Shown here piece after piece: positions 48,171 through 58,510 of a stretch of DNA of 62,771 nt (the first letter of the stretch is position 1; each line of letters opens with the position of its first letter). The notes beneath the pieces are model-generated. The model made no database searches and was not told the origin of the DNA. It saw only the letters and a list, made by a program, of their open reading frames with translations. The translations under genes were made by a program, and so were the position numbers. This stretch comes from an uncultured Bacteroidota bacterium (GTDB taxonomy: Bacteria; Bacteroidota; Bacteroidia; Chitinophagales; Chitinophagaceae): positions 1-62,771 of the forward strand of contig CAIQUX010000247.1 in assembly GCA_903875055.1 (NCBI GenBank), in the 5' to 3' direction.

Positions 48171-49010
48171 ATGAGAAAGATTCTTTTCATCCTCTTTTTG
48201 TTTTCATTTACTCAGGCCGAATCGCAGGTTTTCTATCGACGATCAGAATATGGATTCGCCCTTGGCGGTGCCAATTATTTTGGTGACTTGAATCAGAATT
48301 ATAGTTTCAAAAATGTACGTTATAGTGGTGGGTTGTTTTTAAAATACAACTTCACGGATTATATCGCCCTCAAACTCGCCGGTAATTACGCCTTTGTGGG
48401 TTATGATGATAAATACTCATCGAATGTGTATCAGAAAACACGGAATCTAAATTTTAAATCCAATATCTATGAATCGGTCATTCAGGCCGAATTCAATTTC
48501 TTCCAGTATGATGTCATGGATTTCGATCATCGTTTCACACCATATGTCACTATCGGTATGGGGATGTTCTGGTACAACCCTTATACTATTTACGACAAAA
48601 AACGATATGACCTGAGGCCATTAGGCACTGAGGGCCAGAATTACGACGAATATAAAAGCCGTCGTTACTCCACGACAGCGGTAGCCTTTCCTATTGGTCT
48701 TGGTTTTAAATTTTGGATGAGCAAAGGTATGACCTTCGGTATGGAAGTGGCTAACCGTTCAACCACCACCGATTACCTTGATGATGTAAGTACCACCTAT
48801 GTTGGAAAAGATAAGTTTGTCGATACGGAACCTACGCCTTATCCGATACCTGCAGCTGTGTTACAGGACAGATCCGGTGAGGTGACGCAGACCCCCATCG
48901 GTATCAAAGGTCGTCAACGGGGTGTCAGCACTACGCATGATAAGTATCTTCTTTTTCAGGTCACCTTATCCTTCAGATTTCCTACCTATAAATGTCCGGG
49001 GCAACGCTAG
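48171..49010 (+). CDS. DUF6089 / PorG-like outer-membrane beta-barrel protein
   Basis: GG.NYFGDL, TRNLNF, LRPLGTEGQ, TDYLDDVS; paralog of 12320-13177. Confidence 0.75.
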   Translation: MRKILFILFLFSFTQAESQVFYRRSEYGFALGGANYFGDLNQNYSFKNVRYSGGLFLKYNFTDYIALKLAGNYAFVGYDDKYSSNVYQKTRNLNFKSNIYESVIQAEFNFFQYDVMDFDHRFTPYVTIGMGMFWYNPYTIYDKKRYDLRPLGTEGQNYDEYKSRRYSTTAVAFPIGLGFKFWMSKGMTFGMEVANRSTTTDYLDDVSTTYVGKDKFVDTEPTPYPIPAAVLQDRSGEVTQTPIGIKGRQRGVSTTHDKYLLFQVTLSFRFPTYKCPGQR

Positions 49011-50235
49011 AAGAATGAGGTTCCGTCATTAATGACTTAATATTCAGAACCACGATCAAGAGCACGATCGTAAAAAGGTATTCACAATTATAGTTGAATT
49101 GCTTAGGATGTATGGTTGTTTCGTACACCTTGAAGAAATACCAATGTGCCAGAAAAAGTACTGCTATGTTTAGAATGATCATGGCCAAGATTGGAAAATC
49201 TAATTTCGCCAGTTTACCTGTTCTGAATCTTTTCATTTCAAGAAGGAGATATTTCCCAAGTAAAGGATAGATCAATAATAAAGGTAGGGCGAACAGCCGT
49301 GATTCTCTGGCGATCGTTGAAAAGATAACTATCAAAGTATTGCAGAAAAGAAGAAACAGGAAGCCTGATGCGAGTTTCTTTTCAAGCGTTACTTTTTTGA
49401 TGTCACTCCAAAATTGAAGCAGCAGATAAAGAGGAATTGCATTGACCAGAAAAAATGAAAAGATTGTTTCACGACCATACTTGATATCTTGAAAATTGAA
49501 TTCAAATAAATCCATACGGCTGCTTAATTCCTGATGACTTTGTATCGTAAAAAATGAGGGATAGACCATCTTAAGAAATACTGCATGCAAGATCATAACA
49601 AACACAAAACCAATCGTATGCAATATCGTGATCTTGTATCGCTCAGTCACATCGTTCTTTTGAAACGTTAGAAATAAAAATATCGGCAAAAAAAGATAAC
49701 CCGATTCCCGGCAAAGACAGGAAAGCAGGAAGAATAAAAAGAACAGGATCGTTTTGTTTTTGAAGAAAGCGATTAACGATAAGATGAAACAGAGGTAAGT
49801 CAACGGCTCATCATAAGTATAATTGGTATTGAAAAAAGCACACAACACCGTGAAGCCCGAATAAAATATCATCTGGCTGAAAACGGCTTCTGCTGTAGTC
49901 AATGACAACTGCAGACTGAAGTAATAAAGCGCTATGCCGCAAAGAAAAAACAAACAGAAGTTGACAAGAATGAAGGAGGTGCCCATTTGCAGATGTGTAG
50001 TTGAGGAGGTCTTTTCAAACAGAAAGGTGCTGAGAGGTCGTCGGGCAAAGGCAGGTTCTTCTTTATGATAATCCACCGCTTCACGCAAGGCCTGCTGATC
50101 GATTCGTTGCATGGCGCTTTTGTCTTGATCGTTCCATTGGTTCAGCATGGTGTCGACCCGTGTATTAAAATGAAAAAGGAGAAGGAAACAGATTCCGATT
50201 ATCGGGACAAGCAGACCGGTTAAAAATTTATTCAT
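48982..50235 (-). CDS. Polytopic membrane protein, possibly a GT-C-like transferase
   Basis: About 10 hydrophobic segments; RRPL, YTYDEP, CRES and ARESR motifs. Confidence 0.55.
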   Translation of the reverse strand: MNKFLTGLLVPIIGICFLLLFHFNTRVDTMLNQWNDQDKSAMQRIDQQALREAVDYHKEEPAFARRPLSTFLFEKTSSTTHLQMGTSFILVNFCLFFLCGIALYYFSLQLSLTTAEAVFSQMIFYSGFTVLCAFFNTNYTYDEPLTYLCFILSLIAFFKNKTILFFLFFLLSCLCRESGYLFLPIFLFLTFQKNDVTERYKITILHTIGFVFVMILHAVFLKMVYPSFFTIQSHQELSSRMDLFEFNFQDIKYGRETIFSFFLVNAIPLYLLLQFWSDIKKVTLEKKLASGFLFLLFCNTLIVIFSTIARESRLFALPLLLIYPLLGKYLLLEMKRFRTGKLAKLDFPILAMIILNIAVLFLAHWYFFKVYETTIHPKQFNYNCEYLFTIVLLIVVLNIKSLMTEPHSSSVAPDIYR

Positions 50236-50285
50236 AAAACCGAACAGGAATAATAGCGGAAGATACGACGATTCATGCAGAAAAT

Positions 50286-51425
50286 TTATACTGCAGTCAG
50301 GTGAACATAGCCATAGCTGAAGCGAGCGCTTTCAGGAATCATCAGGACAATGACATCACCTTTTTTTATTTTCCCTTCATTGAAAAGTTCTTCGAGCATC
50401 AGATAAGGTGAAGCACTTCCGATATTACCGACGCTAGTGAGATTCGTAAACCATTTTTCAGCCGGAATCGGGTACCCGATCTTTCCCAATTCATCCATTA
50501 TTTTCGGTCTGAAAAATTCAGACGAAAGATGAGGAAGAAAATACGTGATGCTGTTTAGATCGACGGCATGTTTTTCGCAAACCTTTTTCCACATTTTACC
50601 TCCCCACTTGACAATGTTCTCTCCTAAAAGGCGAGTATCCTGTTTGAAGGCGAATATGCTTTTTGAAGCCCAGTCATGTGGTTTCATTTCGGCCCAGCCT
50701 GTTAGAGAACCGTCTTCATTTTTTTCGCAACCGGCATACATGCAAGGTTCTATCTGGTTGGCATACGAAATGATATCAACCCAATCGACCCTCAGTGAAA
50801 CACTGTGCTCATTCGGCTTGTTTTGAAGCAATGCTGCTCCGGCTCCGTCACTAAGCATCCAGCGTAAAAAATCTTTCTGGAAGGCTATGATAGGATTGTC
50901 AATCAGATGTTTCAGGTCTTCGGCTTCATCATCAAACTTATCAGCTTTCAGCCAGCCTGAAACTTTTTCAGAACCTACCGCAATTGCATTATTACTATTG
51001 CCACTTTTGACACTCATGAAAGCATATTTGAAAGCCTGTATCCCGGCACAACAAGCCGTGCTGATCGAAACGATTTCAGTAGGCGGGCATTTTAATTCGC
51101 CATGCACCATAGCAGCATGGCTTGGAAGCAGCTGGTCAGGGGCTACACAACCGCAAGCCAGCATTTCAATATCTTCTTTCGTGAATGTCTCATCCAATAA
51201 TCCTTCGATAGCCTTGGAGGCCAATTGATAATTTGTGTGTGTGCTTTTTCCTGTCGCCTTATCAATAGCGTAATAACGGGTCTTGATCTGATTATTACGC
51301 AGAATAATCCCTTTCGCTTTGGATGGACGGCCGTCAATACGGCCTAGATAATCTTCCATTTGATCATTACTGATAGGATCATTTGGTAAAAATCTCGATA
51401 ATCTTGTTATGTACACTTCACTCAT
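50286..51425 (-). CDS. darB: DarB/StlD-type beta-ketoacyl-ACP synthase III
   Basis: NGI-like K.RYYA, P.HA.MVHGEL, catalytic ACC, FLRWMLSDGAGA, FLPHLSS, GNIGSAS, PESARF. Confidence 0.85.
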   Translation of the reverse strand: MSEVYITRLSRFLPNDPISNDQMEDYLGRIDGRPSKAKGIILRNNQIKTRYYAIDKATGKSTHTNYQLASKAIEGLLDETFTKEDIEMLACGCVAPDQLLPSHAAMVHGELKCPPTEIVSISTACCAGIQAFKYAFMSVKSGNSNNAIAVGSEKVSGWLKADKFDDEAEDLKHLIDNPIIAFQKDFLRWMLSDGAGAALLQNKPNEHSVSLRVDWVDIISYANQIEPCMYAGCEKNEDGSLTGWAEMKPHDWASKSIFAFKQDTRLLGENIVKWGGKMWKKVCEKHAVDLNSITYFLPHLSSEFFRPKIMDELGKIGYPIPAEKWFTNLTSVGNIGSASPYLMLEELFNEGKIKKGDVIVLMIPESARFSYGYVHLTAV

Positions 51426-51480
51426 CAATTCGCGGAATAAGCACGCAATTTAACAAAGTTCCCCTTAAAAAACGAATTCC

Positions 51481-52401
51481 TTAAATTGCTTTTTCCCTAT
51501 ATGCTATATTTTTGAAATAATCAACTTCTTTCATTAGTTTACTTCTGTTGAAGAGCACAGCCAGACTAGCTGTGAATGAACTAATCGGTGACAAAATAAA
51601 AACACCTACAAACAATAAACGGCTGAACAATGTCACTCTTCCTTTTCGAGCTTCCTGGCCACGTTCACCTTTCTCTCGAATCCAGGGAGCAAATTTCCTG
51701 AAATTCTTTATGCCTCTTTTTTCCAGTATCACCAAAGCAGGATTTAACTCCACACCGTCTTGCGCCAGCAATTTTTCATGTAGTTGTTTTAAATTATTTT
51801 GCAGGAGACATTGTGATATTGTATCTCCGAATCGTTTTGCGTTTTCGATATCCTGTTTTTGCACACCAGCTTCAGGCATGCGTTTGGTTGCTTCTTTCTG
51901 TCCTTTGAATGTCCATCGTATAATGGTAAGGATGGAAGTGAGATTCGGACTTCGGTCGAAGAAAACCAGATTGCCCACAAGTTTTGCATTCACCGCAATC
52001 AATTGCTCTTTTGTTTTTTCCTGAGCATTCAGCCACATGTTACGGGATCCGATCACTGTCAAAATGTTTTTATCTTGCAAGAATGCAGCGGCATCACTTT
52101 TAAGGAAACTACTGAAGGGTATCGATGGAGATAAGAACCAGGGTTGATATCCTAATACGATTAGGTCATATTTCTTTTCACTGAATGGTATTGGTTCTAT
52201 TTCTTCCGAAACCTGAAGCACACTTTCTGGCATACAGTCGAAAAACTCAGCTGCCTTCCATGGGAACGGGAATTTGACACGAGGTTTTATTTCTAGTATG
52301 TCAATATCGCATGCAGTTTGTTGCCCGCTGAATATGCTGTCAAGAATAGATCGTAATTGTCCGGTTTGGGAATAATAAAGTATCAGTATGGATGGTTTCA
52401 T
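51481..52401 (-). CDS. darA: Dialkylresorcinol condensing enzyme
   Basis: YYSQTGQL, FPFPW...FF..MPESV, YQPWFLSPS.P, RNMWL.AQE; adjacent to darB. Confidence 0.85.
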   Translation of the reverse strand: MKPSILILYYSQTGQLRSILDSIFSGQQTACDIDILEIKPRVKFPFPWKAAEFFDCMPESVLQVSEEIEPIPFSEKKYDLIVLGYQPWFLSPSIPFSSFLKSDAAAFLQDKNILTVIGSRNMWLNAQEKTKEQLIAVNAKLVGNLVFFDRSPNLTSILTIIRWTFKGQKEATKRMPEAGVQKQDIENAKRFGDTISQCLLQNNLKQLHEKLLAQDGVELNPALVILEKRGIKNFRKFAPWIREKGERGQEARKGRVTLFSRLLFVGVFILSPISSFTASLAVLFNRSKLMKEVDYFKNIAYREKAI

Positions 52402-52535
52402 GACATGTAAAAGTAAAATGCTTAGACCGAACGACGAAATATGAATGAATAGTTTGTTTGAGGCAGTTATGGAAAGCGGCAAATCATAAAAATCGGGATG
52501 AGCTGTTTCAAACTGAACGATTATATTTGTTGTTC

Positions 52536-54242
52536 ATGAAGGATGCCTTGCTTACCGTAAAAGATATCAGTGTCGACTTTGAATCGGATGGTGAAATAGT
52601 GCATGCCTTACAGCATATCTCATTCGATCTAGCGAAAGGTAAGACCTTAGCCGTCGTTGGTGAAAGCGGCTCCGGAAAATCAGTCCTGGCATTGACTATC
52701 ATGCGTCTGCTGCCTTCACCGCAGGGGATAATAAAACAAGGTAATATTGAATTTGATGCAAACGAAAAGCAGAAATTGGATATCGTGGCATGCAGTCCTG
52801 TACAAATAGAATCCTTACGAGGTCAGCAGATTGGTATGATTTTTCAGGAGCCAATGACATCACTGAATCCTTTGATGACTTGCGGAAGACAAGTAGCTGA
52901 GACCATCGTATTAAATAAGAAACTCACTTATAAGGAAGCCCTTGCCGAAACACAGAGTTTGTTCGAAGAGGTACAACTTCCTGATCCGAAAGCGATACTG
53001 GGTCGTTACCCGCATGAACTATCCGGCGGACAGAAACAACGAGTTATGATTGCCATCGCCATTTGTTGCAACCCATCCTTATTGATAGCCGATGAACCAA
53101 CCCCCGCATTGGATGTGACTGTTCAAAAGACGATATTGGATTTGTTATCGGTCATTCAAGAGAAACGGGGAATGGCGATTCTGTTCATAACTCATGATCT
53201 GAATCTGGTTAGAAATTTTGCAGATTCAGTCATGATTATGTATCGCAGCCGTTGTGTAGAATATGGTGACACCAGCACAATCTATCGCAATCCGGCTCAC
53301 CCATACACCAAAGGGCTTCTCAACTGCAGACCTCCAAAGAATGAACGAATCAGGTTCTTGAAATCGGTTGAAGAGAGCATTAAAGGAGCTGATGCCAAGT
53401 TTGAAGCTGATAATAAAATTAGTCTTCAGGCTTTTGATAATCGAATCCGAAAATTAGAAAAACAAACAGACATTCTTGAGTTAAAGGATCTGCATTGCTG
53501 GTATCCGGTGAAGAAAAATTTCTTTGGCAAAACGAGTGCTTGGTTTAAAGCTGTTGATGGAGTCAACCTTTCTATAAAAGAAGGGGAAACCCTAGGGCTG
53601 GTAGGTGAAAGTGGTTGCGGAAAGACAACGATCGGGAAATCGATCGTGTTACTTACTGATATTACTAAGGGTGAAATTCTTTACAGAGGAAAAAACGTTC
53701 AGGATTTTTCTATAGCTGAACTGGCAGAATACAGAAAAAATGTACAGATGATTTTTCAGGACCCATACTCGTCGCTCAATCCGCGGATATCGATCGGAGA
53801 AGCCATACGCGAACCGATGGATGTGCATGGTATTCATTCATCATCACTTCGAAAACAAATAGCCATTGATTTATTCGAAAAGGTGGGATTGTTGCCAGAT
53901 CATTATCATCGGTATCCGCATGAATTCTCAGGTGGGCAACGTCAACGTATCTGCATAGCGCGGGCACTTGCCTTAGAACCACAATGTATCATTTGTGATG
54001 AAAGTGTTTCGGCATTGGATGTGAGTGTACAGGCGCAAGTGTTAAATTTATTGGTCTCACTTCGTGATGAATATAATCTCTCTTATCTGTTTATTTCGCA
54101 TGACCTTAGTGTGGTCAGGCATATCAGTGATCATGTGGCTGTCATGCAAAAAGGACGGATCGAAGAATCAGGTACTGCCGAAAATATTTATTCGTCGCCA
54201 GTCAGTATGTATACACGTGCTTTGATCGCAAGCAGTTTGTAA
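52536..54242 (+). CDS. Dual-domain peptide/nickel-type ABC transporter ATP-binding protein
   Basis: Two GESG.GK Walker A motifs, two YPHE.SGGQ signatures; start MKDALL follows a TATATTTG -7 box. Confidence 0.93.
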   Translation: MKDALLTVKDISVDFESDGEIVHALQHISFDLAKGKTLAVVGESGSGKSVLALTIMRLLPSPQGIIKQGNIEFDANEKQKLDIVACSPVQIESLRGQQIGMIFQEPMTSLNPLMTCGRQVAETIVLNKKLTYKEALAETQSLFEEVQLPDPKAILGRYPHELSGGQKQRVMIAIAICCNPSLLIADEPTPALDVTVQKTILDLLSVIQEKRGMAILFITHDLNLVRNFADSVMIMYRSRCVEYGDTSTIYRNPAHPYTKGLLNCRPPKNERIRFLKSVEESIKGADAKFEADNKISLQAFDNRIRKLEKQTDILELKDLHCWYPVKKNFFGKTSAWFKAVDGVNLSIKEGETLGLVGESGCGKTTIGKSIVLLTDITKGEILYRGKNVQDFSIAELAEYRKNVQMIFQDPYSSLNPRISIGEAIREPMDVHGIHSSSLRKQIAIDLFEKVGLLPDHYHRYPHEFSGGQRQRICIARALALEPQCIICDESVSALDVSVQAQVLNLLVSLRDEYNLSYLFISHDLSVVRHISDHVAVMQKGRIEESGTAENIYSSPVSMYTRALIASSL

Positions 54243-54244
54243 AC

Positions 54245-54925
54245 TTACAAAGGTGGCAATCGTTTCTCTGGCCCATAATCGATTTGTCTGCCCAAAGTGC
54301 CTTTGAGACGCTTGGCGAAAGGTTCTTTATTCAAGATGGAATTGAAATCTGGTTTGAAGGCTTTCATACTGTCTATATCAATTTGTATGTCATTGATTTT
54401 TTTGATGATTTTAAACTGAATGGGTATGTGCTGAATGGGTGATGCAAATCGTTTCTTCGTAAATCCTTTCAGTAAAAAGCTTTGAAACGGATCTGTTGCC
54501 AGTGCCAATGTTTTAAAACCGAGTTGTTTTGCCACCATATACGAGTAATAAATGTTTTCTGTGCTATGTTTGGCAAGTGTATCATAGAAAATATGTTCTT
54601 TCGGTACACCCAGTTTTTGAGCATATAGTCCCATCACAATGGATTCGTAGAAATGAGTATATACTGCAGCACCCGAAAAAATGATATTCTTCGTGTAATG
54701 GTTTTTATACAGGTATACACTCCAAAGGACACGAGCTTTCATAGTGCTGTCCCAATGTCCGTTTTTCAATGGAATTCCAGGAACGATAATCGCGTCAAAT
54801 ATCATCCTCTCGTCGTTGACTTCCCTGAACATTCTTTCAGAAGGATGGATGGCCAGCGAACAGGACGATAGGAAAAAGATTCCAATGAAAAGTAAGTAAG
54901 CGTTTCGCGTGATTTTTTGAATCAT
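54245..54925 (-). CDS. YdcF/DUF218 family lipoprotein
   Basis: Lipobox FLSSC, IIVPG, IIFSG, E..M, HSTEN. Confidence 0.82.
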   Translation of the reverse strand: MIQKITRNAYLLFIGIFFLSSCSLAIHPSERMFREVNDERMIFDAIIVPGIPLKNGHWDSTMKARVLWSVYLYKNHYTKNIIFSGAAVYTHFYESIVMGLYAQKLGVPKEHIFYDTLAKHSTENIYYSYMVAKQLGFKTLALATDPFQSFLLKGFTKKRFASPIQHIPIQFKIIKKINDIQIDIDSMKAFKPDFNSILNKEPFAKRLKGTLGRQIDYGPEKRLPPL

Positions 54926-54976
54926 GCGTAAAAATAAATCAAACGTAACATGTGACAAATAGACAAACCCGATACC

Positions 54977-55996
54977 TTATTTTCCTGAATAACCCAGCAT
55001 GCTGGCCAGATTATCAGGTAATGCAGGCAGTTTGTTTCGTTGTATCAGGAATGAAGTGAGATCGGCAAATTCCTTGAAGATATAATGGGTGTCTGCCGCA
55101 TTTTTAAGATAATGAGCGCCTGTGCTTCCTCCGGTTCCGATTCGACGTCCTATCATTCGTTGCACCATATTCATATGTCGGTAACGCCATTGTGCCAATA
55201 ATTCATCGATATCCAATAATGAATTGATGAATTGGTAAGGTGTATTCAGTAATGGATAGTCTCTGAACAGCATGATGAAAACGGCCGCACGATTAGAATC
55301 GATACTCAAACGACGAGAACCTGTTTCGCTTTTCTTCATAAACATTTCATCGAAAGAAGTGAGGTTCTGTTTTTCACCTTCCTGTAAGGAGGCCTCATAG
55401 AGCATTCTATAGCTGTCAAAGAAATCATCTCCTTCGCTCCAATAAGCCGAATCTTTGAGGAATGGCATTCTTGAAAGCCAGTCGTTCACTAAGGAAAAGA
55501 GGGAGACTTCATGTTCAGCATTTTTCACGCGTTCTATATCTGCTTCATTCAATTGTGAAATATAATATTGCTGTCCAAAACGCTGGTCAAATGGAAGTCC
55601 GAGTAAGGCTTCCAGTATTTTGAACTGTATGCTTTGAAAACCTGAAGCCGGACGAAGGAAATCGCGGAAGTCAAGAAAGTCAAGGGGTGTCATGGTTTCA
55701 AGGATGGTTATCTTATCCACCAGCATCTGAAGTATGATACCAACACGTTTCATTCTGTGAACTGCATTCTGCATATCGGCGGAATTATCTTCGATATTCT
55801 GTTTCAAAAATATTTCACGCACGATACCAACCTCATGCAACATTTGTTTGAACCATAATTCATATGACTGATGTATGATGATAAACAACATTTCGTCATC
55901 GGCTCGCACGCCATGCTTTTTACTTTCTTCCTCCTGAGCGTTCAGGATCTTGTCCAATTGCAGATATTCGCTGTAGTAAACTGGTTTCATATTCAT
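54977..55996 (-). CDS. kynA: Tryptophan 2,3-dioxygenase
   Basis: YSEYLQLD, DEMLFIIIHQSYELWFKQ, PASGFQS.QF, WRYRH..MV.RMIG, GTGGSTG. Confidence 0.95.
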   Translation of the reverse strand: MNMKPVYYSEYLQLDKILNAQEEESKKHGVRADDEMLFIIIHQSYELWFKQMLHEVGIVREIFLKQNIEDNSADMQNAVHRMKRVGIILQMLVDKITILETMTPLDFLDFRDFLRPASGFQSIQFKILEALLGLPFDQRFGQQYYISQLNEADIERVKNAEHEVSLFSLVNDWLSRMPFLKDSAYWSEGDDFFDSYRMLYEASLQEGEKQNLTSFDEMFMKKSETGSRRLSIDSNRAAVFIMLFRDYPLLNTPYQFINSLLDIDELLAQWRYRHMNMVQRMIGRRIGTGGSTGAHYLKNAADTHYIFKEFADLTSFLIQRNKLPALPDNLASMLGYSGK

Positions 55997-56075
55997 TATT
56001 GTAGCGTGAAATTAATCATAGAAATCAATAGCCGAAACTATTCTGAAAATAAGTAAAATAAAAATCAAATATTTT

Positions 56076-56107
56076 TTGGAAATAGAACATACGTTGTATT
56101 ACATTTG
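56076..56107 (+). promoter_or_regulatory. Bacteroidota primary-sigma promoter for tRNA-Ser
   Basis: TTG near 56076-56079 and TACATTTG (TAnnTTTG) at 56100-56107. Confidence 0.65.
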
Positions 56108-56111
56108 CCGC

Positions 56112-56196
56112 GGAGAGATGGCAGAGTGGTCGATTGCGACGGTCTTGAAAACCGTTGACTGTCAAAGGTCCGGGGGTTCGAATCCCTCTCTCTCCG
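56112..56196 (+). tRNA. tRNA-Ser (anticodon TGA)
   Basis: Acceptor GGAGAGA/TCTCTCC, anticodon stem ACGGT-cttgaaa-ACCGT, long variable arm, GGTTCGAATCC T-loop; CCA not encoded. Confidence 0.97.
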
Positions 56197-56199
56197 CTC

Positions 56200-56235
56200 A
56201 ATCCCTGCAACGCTTTCGCGAAGCAGGGTTTTTAG
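56200..56235 (+). terminator. Intrinsic terminator after tRNA-Ser
   Basis: AATCCCTGC ... GCAGGGTTTTT. Confidence 0.7.
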
Positions 56236-56450
56236 TTTATACCAAGTTGTTTAAGTAAGTAAAGTTATTTTTGTTCTGATGATTTATTTCGGGTTTATCG
56301 ACTCATCTTTTAATCCATTTTTCAAAATACCCTGACGTGTAATAATCTATAGTTGTAATATGTTCGCTATTTTACCAGCAATGCACCTGTATATTAAATT
56401 CATTTTTATCCATCTGAAAGGATTAGAATCTTTAACTTTACACCCTCATA

Positions 56451-57257
56451 ATGAAACATATATTATCATTTGCAGTATTGTCGCTCATGCTTTTCTCTTG
56501 TAAGGATCAATCCAAGGAGAACCGCCCTATCGTACTGGGTGATACATCAATGATAGTGACAGAGACCGATGAACGATTTCTTAAGAATAATACGGAAGAT
56601 ATTTCGCCAACCAATAAAAAATCATCTGAAGGGAAAATTACCAGCATGATGATGCAGATGGACAGTGTGAAATCGGTAAAGAAACTGGAAGAAGAAAAGG
56701 GTAGTGCTCCATTAAGCGGCTTTACCATACATTTTGCCGAATGCGATGTCGTCTTTGACAATCTTACCGCACATGCCATTCAGAACAATCAGGATGAGCG
56801 CACATCGAATAGCGTTTCTTATGTGGTGGATGCCGGTAATCTGGATGAAATGAATTTGCAAGTCAGCGGTTTGGACGAAGCCAATGTAGAGCAACGAATT
56901 TTTACCAGATTAAGGGTCGAAGCGTTGTCAGATAATTTTGTCCTGAATGATCTGGGTAAATTTATTTCGCCATGGTCGGCACTGGCAGGAAAGGATTTTA
57001 AATATGTTTCCTTAAGCAATAACAGTCTGCAGTTCTTTACCGTTGAGAACACCAAAATCAGAAATGCGGTTGACCGTGAATTACGGAAAAAGAAAAAAAC
57101 ACGTCAGGAAATTCAGGAATGGATGAATGTCATTAAGAAAACAAACTCTTACTCAGACGAACCTTGTAAGATCCAGGTTGTTTCAGCGCAATGGCGTATC
57201 ATAGGCAAGAAAAACGGAAAGCGTATACAGAAGCTTATCCAGTTCGATATTCCTTAA
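56451..57257 (+). CDS. Hypothetical lipoprotein
   Basis: Lipobox MLFSC followed by K-D-Q; 268-aa ORF with no recognised domain. Confidence 0.7.
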   Translation: MKHILSFAVLSLMLFSCKDQSKENRPIVLGDTSMIVTETDERFLKNNTEDISPTNKKSSEGKITSMMMQMDSVKSVKKLEEEKGSAPLSGFTIHFAECDVVFDNLTAHAIQNNQDERTSNSVSYVVDAGNLDEMNLQVSGLDEANVEQRIFTRLRVEALSDNFVLNDLGKFISPWSALAGKDFKYVSLSNNSLQFFTVENTKIRNAVDRELRKKKKTRQEIQEWMNVIKKTNSYSDEPCKIQVVSAQWRIIGKKNGKRIQKLIQFDIP

Positions 57258-58399
57258 GCTTTCTGAGTTACTTCAGCGAGATACATCATGTCACCACCCA
57301 GTTTTGTGGTATCAATACAATCCGTAGTGTATGAATAATCAGGATGTTCTTGAATGAATGCATCCATGATGTCTTCATTCTCATTTTTTAGAACACTACA
57401 GGTTATATAAAACAGTTTACCTCCCGGCTTAAGTTGACCTATCACATGTTGCATGATATCAGACTGAAGAGTCATGAAATGAGACAATTTTTCCTGTGTG
57501 AAAAAATAATATTGTTCAGGCGATCTGGCCCATGTGCCGGCTCCGCTGCAAGGCGCATCGCATACGATCGCATCGAATTTATTTTTTAGTTTACCTGATA
57601 CATCCTTTGTCACATCCAGATTGAATGACACATAATGACTTTCATATCCGTAGACCCGCATGCGTTCATGCAGATTCTTTAAGATGGTTTCTCTGATATC
57701 CGATGCCGTCAACTGTATTGCACTGTTCTTGTCAAGCAACATGATCGATTTGCCTCCACTCGCTGTGCAACAATCCCACCAGCTTTCATTGGCTTGCGGT
57801 TTGAAATGCTCGCCTGTCAGTTGTGATGCATAATCCTGTATCACATAATCCGCAGGTTCAAGATGTTCGTTGAGTTTGACACTCGCGTCGAATGAAAAGC
57901 AATTGGCGCTGACACGCTGAAAGGCGACAGATTGTTGTATCAGTTTGTCTTCAATCGCCCGATGATTTTTGCGTATACGTATGAACACTCTGGGATGAGA
58001 GTACAGATTTTTAATAAATTGATCTTGGCTGATGCCATTTGTCAATACGAAGGGCACATTGAAATCACATTGATACTCTTCAATGGCGTATGCTATTTTT
58101 TCTTCAATGCTTGATTCGTAGCGGTTCGCCAGTTCTTTATTGACTTTTTCGAAAAACAAGATGGGAAGCCGTCCTGATAGGAAACTGCCTAGCATCAGAC
58201 GGTCACGTACTCTCAAGTGTTCATTGGCTTTGCCCAAACGGTAAATACCATAGAGCAATTCTGAAATATATTTCCGGTCACGGGATCCGAACTTTTTATT
58301 GTTTCTGAAATATTCTTTCAGAAAAAGATGCAAAGGCATTTGCACCTCGTATTGTTCGAACAGATGGGCGGCAGTTTGGAAATAAGCTTCAATGAACAT
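57254..58399 (-). CDS. RsmB/NOP (Fmu/Sun) family RNA m5C methyltransferase
   Basis: IQD..SQ, DCC.ASGGKS, DAPCSGAG, YITCS...ENE. Confidence 0.9.
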   Translation of the reverse strand: MFIEAYFQTAAHLFEQYEVQMPLHLFLKEYFRNNKKFGSRDRKYISELLYGIYRLGKANEHLRVRDRLMLGSFLSGRLPILFFEKVNKELANRYESSIEEKIAYAIEEYQCDFNVPFVLTNGISQDQFIKNLYSHPRVFIRIRKNHRAIEDKLIQQSVAFQRVSANCFSFDASVKLNEHLEPADYVIQDYASQLTGEHFKPQANESWWDCCTASGGKSIMLLDKNSAIQLTASDIRETILKNLHERMRVYGYESHYVSFNLDVTKDVSGKLKNKFDAIVCDAPCSGAGTWARSPEQYYFFTQEKLSHFMTLQSDIMQHVIGQLKPGGKLFYITCSVLKNENEDIMDAFIQEHPDYSYTTDCIDTTKLGGDMMYLAEVTQKA

Positions 58400-58510
58400 G
58401 GAAGGAACGGTTTAGCGGGTTATGTAATCAGGTTATAACCTGCTTGGTGAAACTGAATAGGATTCATGATGAAAGAACATGGTCTTCAACCTGAATTTTT
58501 ATGAGTGTGA

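Noticed and set aside
56112..57257. Genomic island integrated at tRNA-Ser
   Set aside because: No integrase, no duplicated tRNA 3' end noticed, and the flanking genes are ordinary
58414..58444. Perfect 14-bp palindrome CAGGTTATAACCTG between sucB and the RsmB-like gene
   Set aside because: Single occurrence noticed; it could be part of a weak hairpin, with no further support for a function
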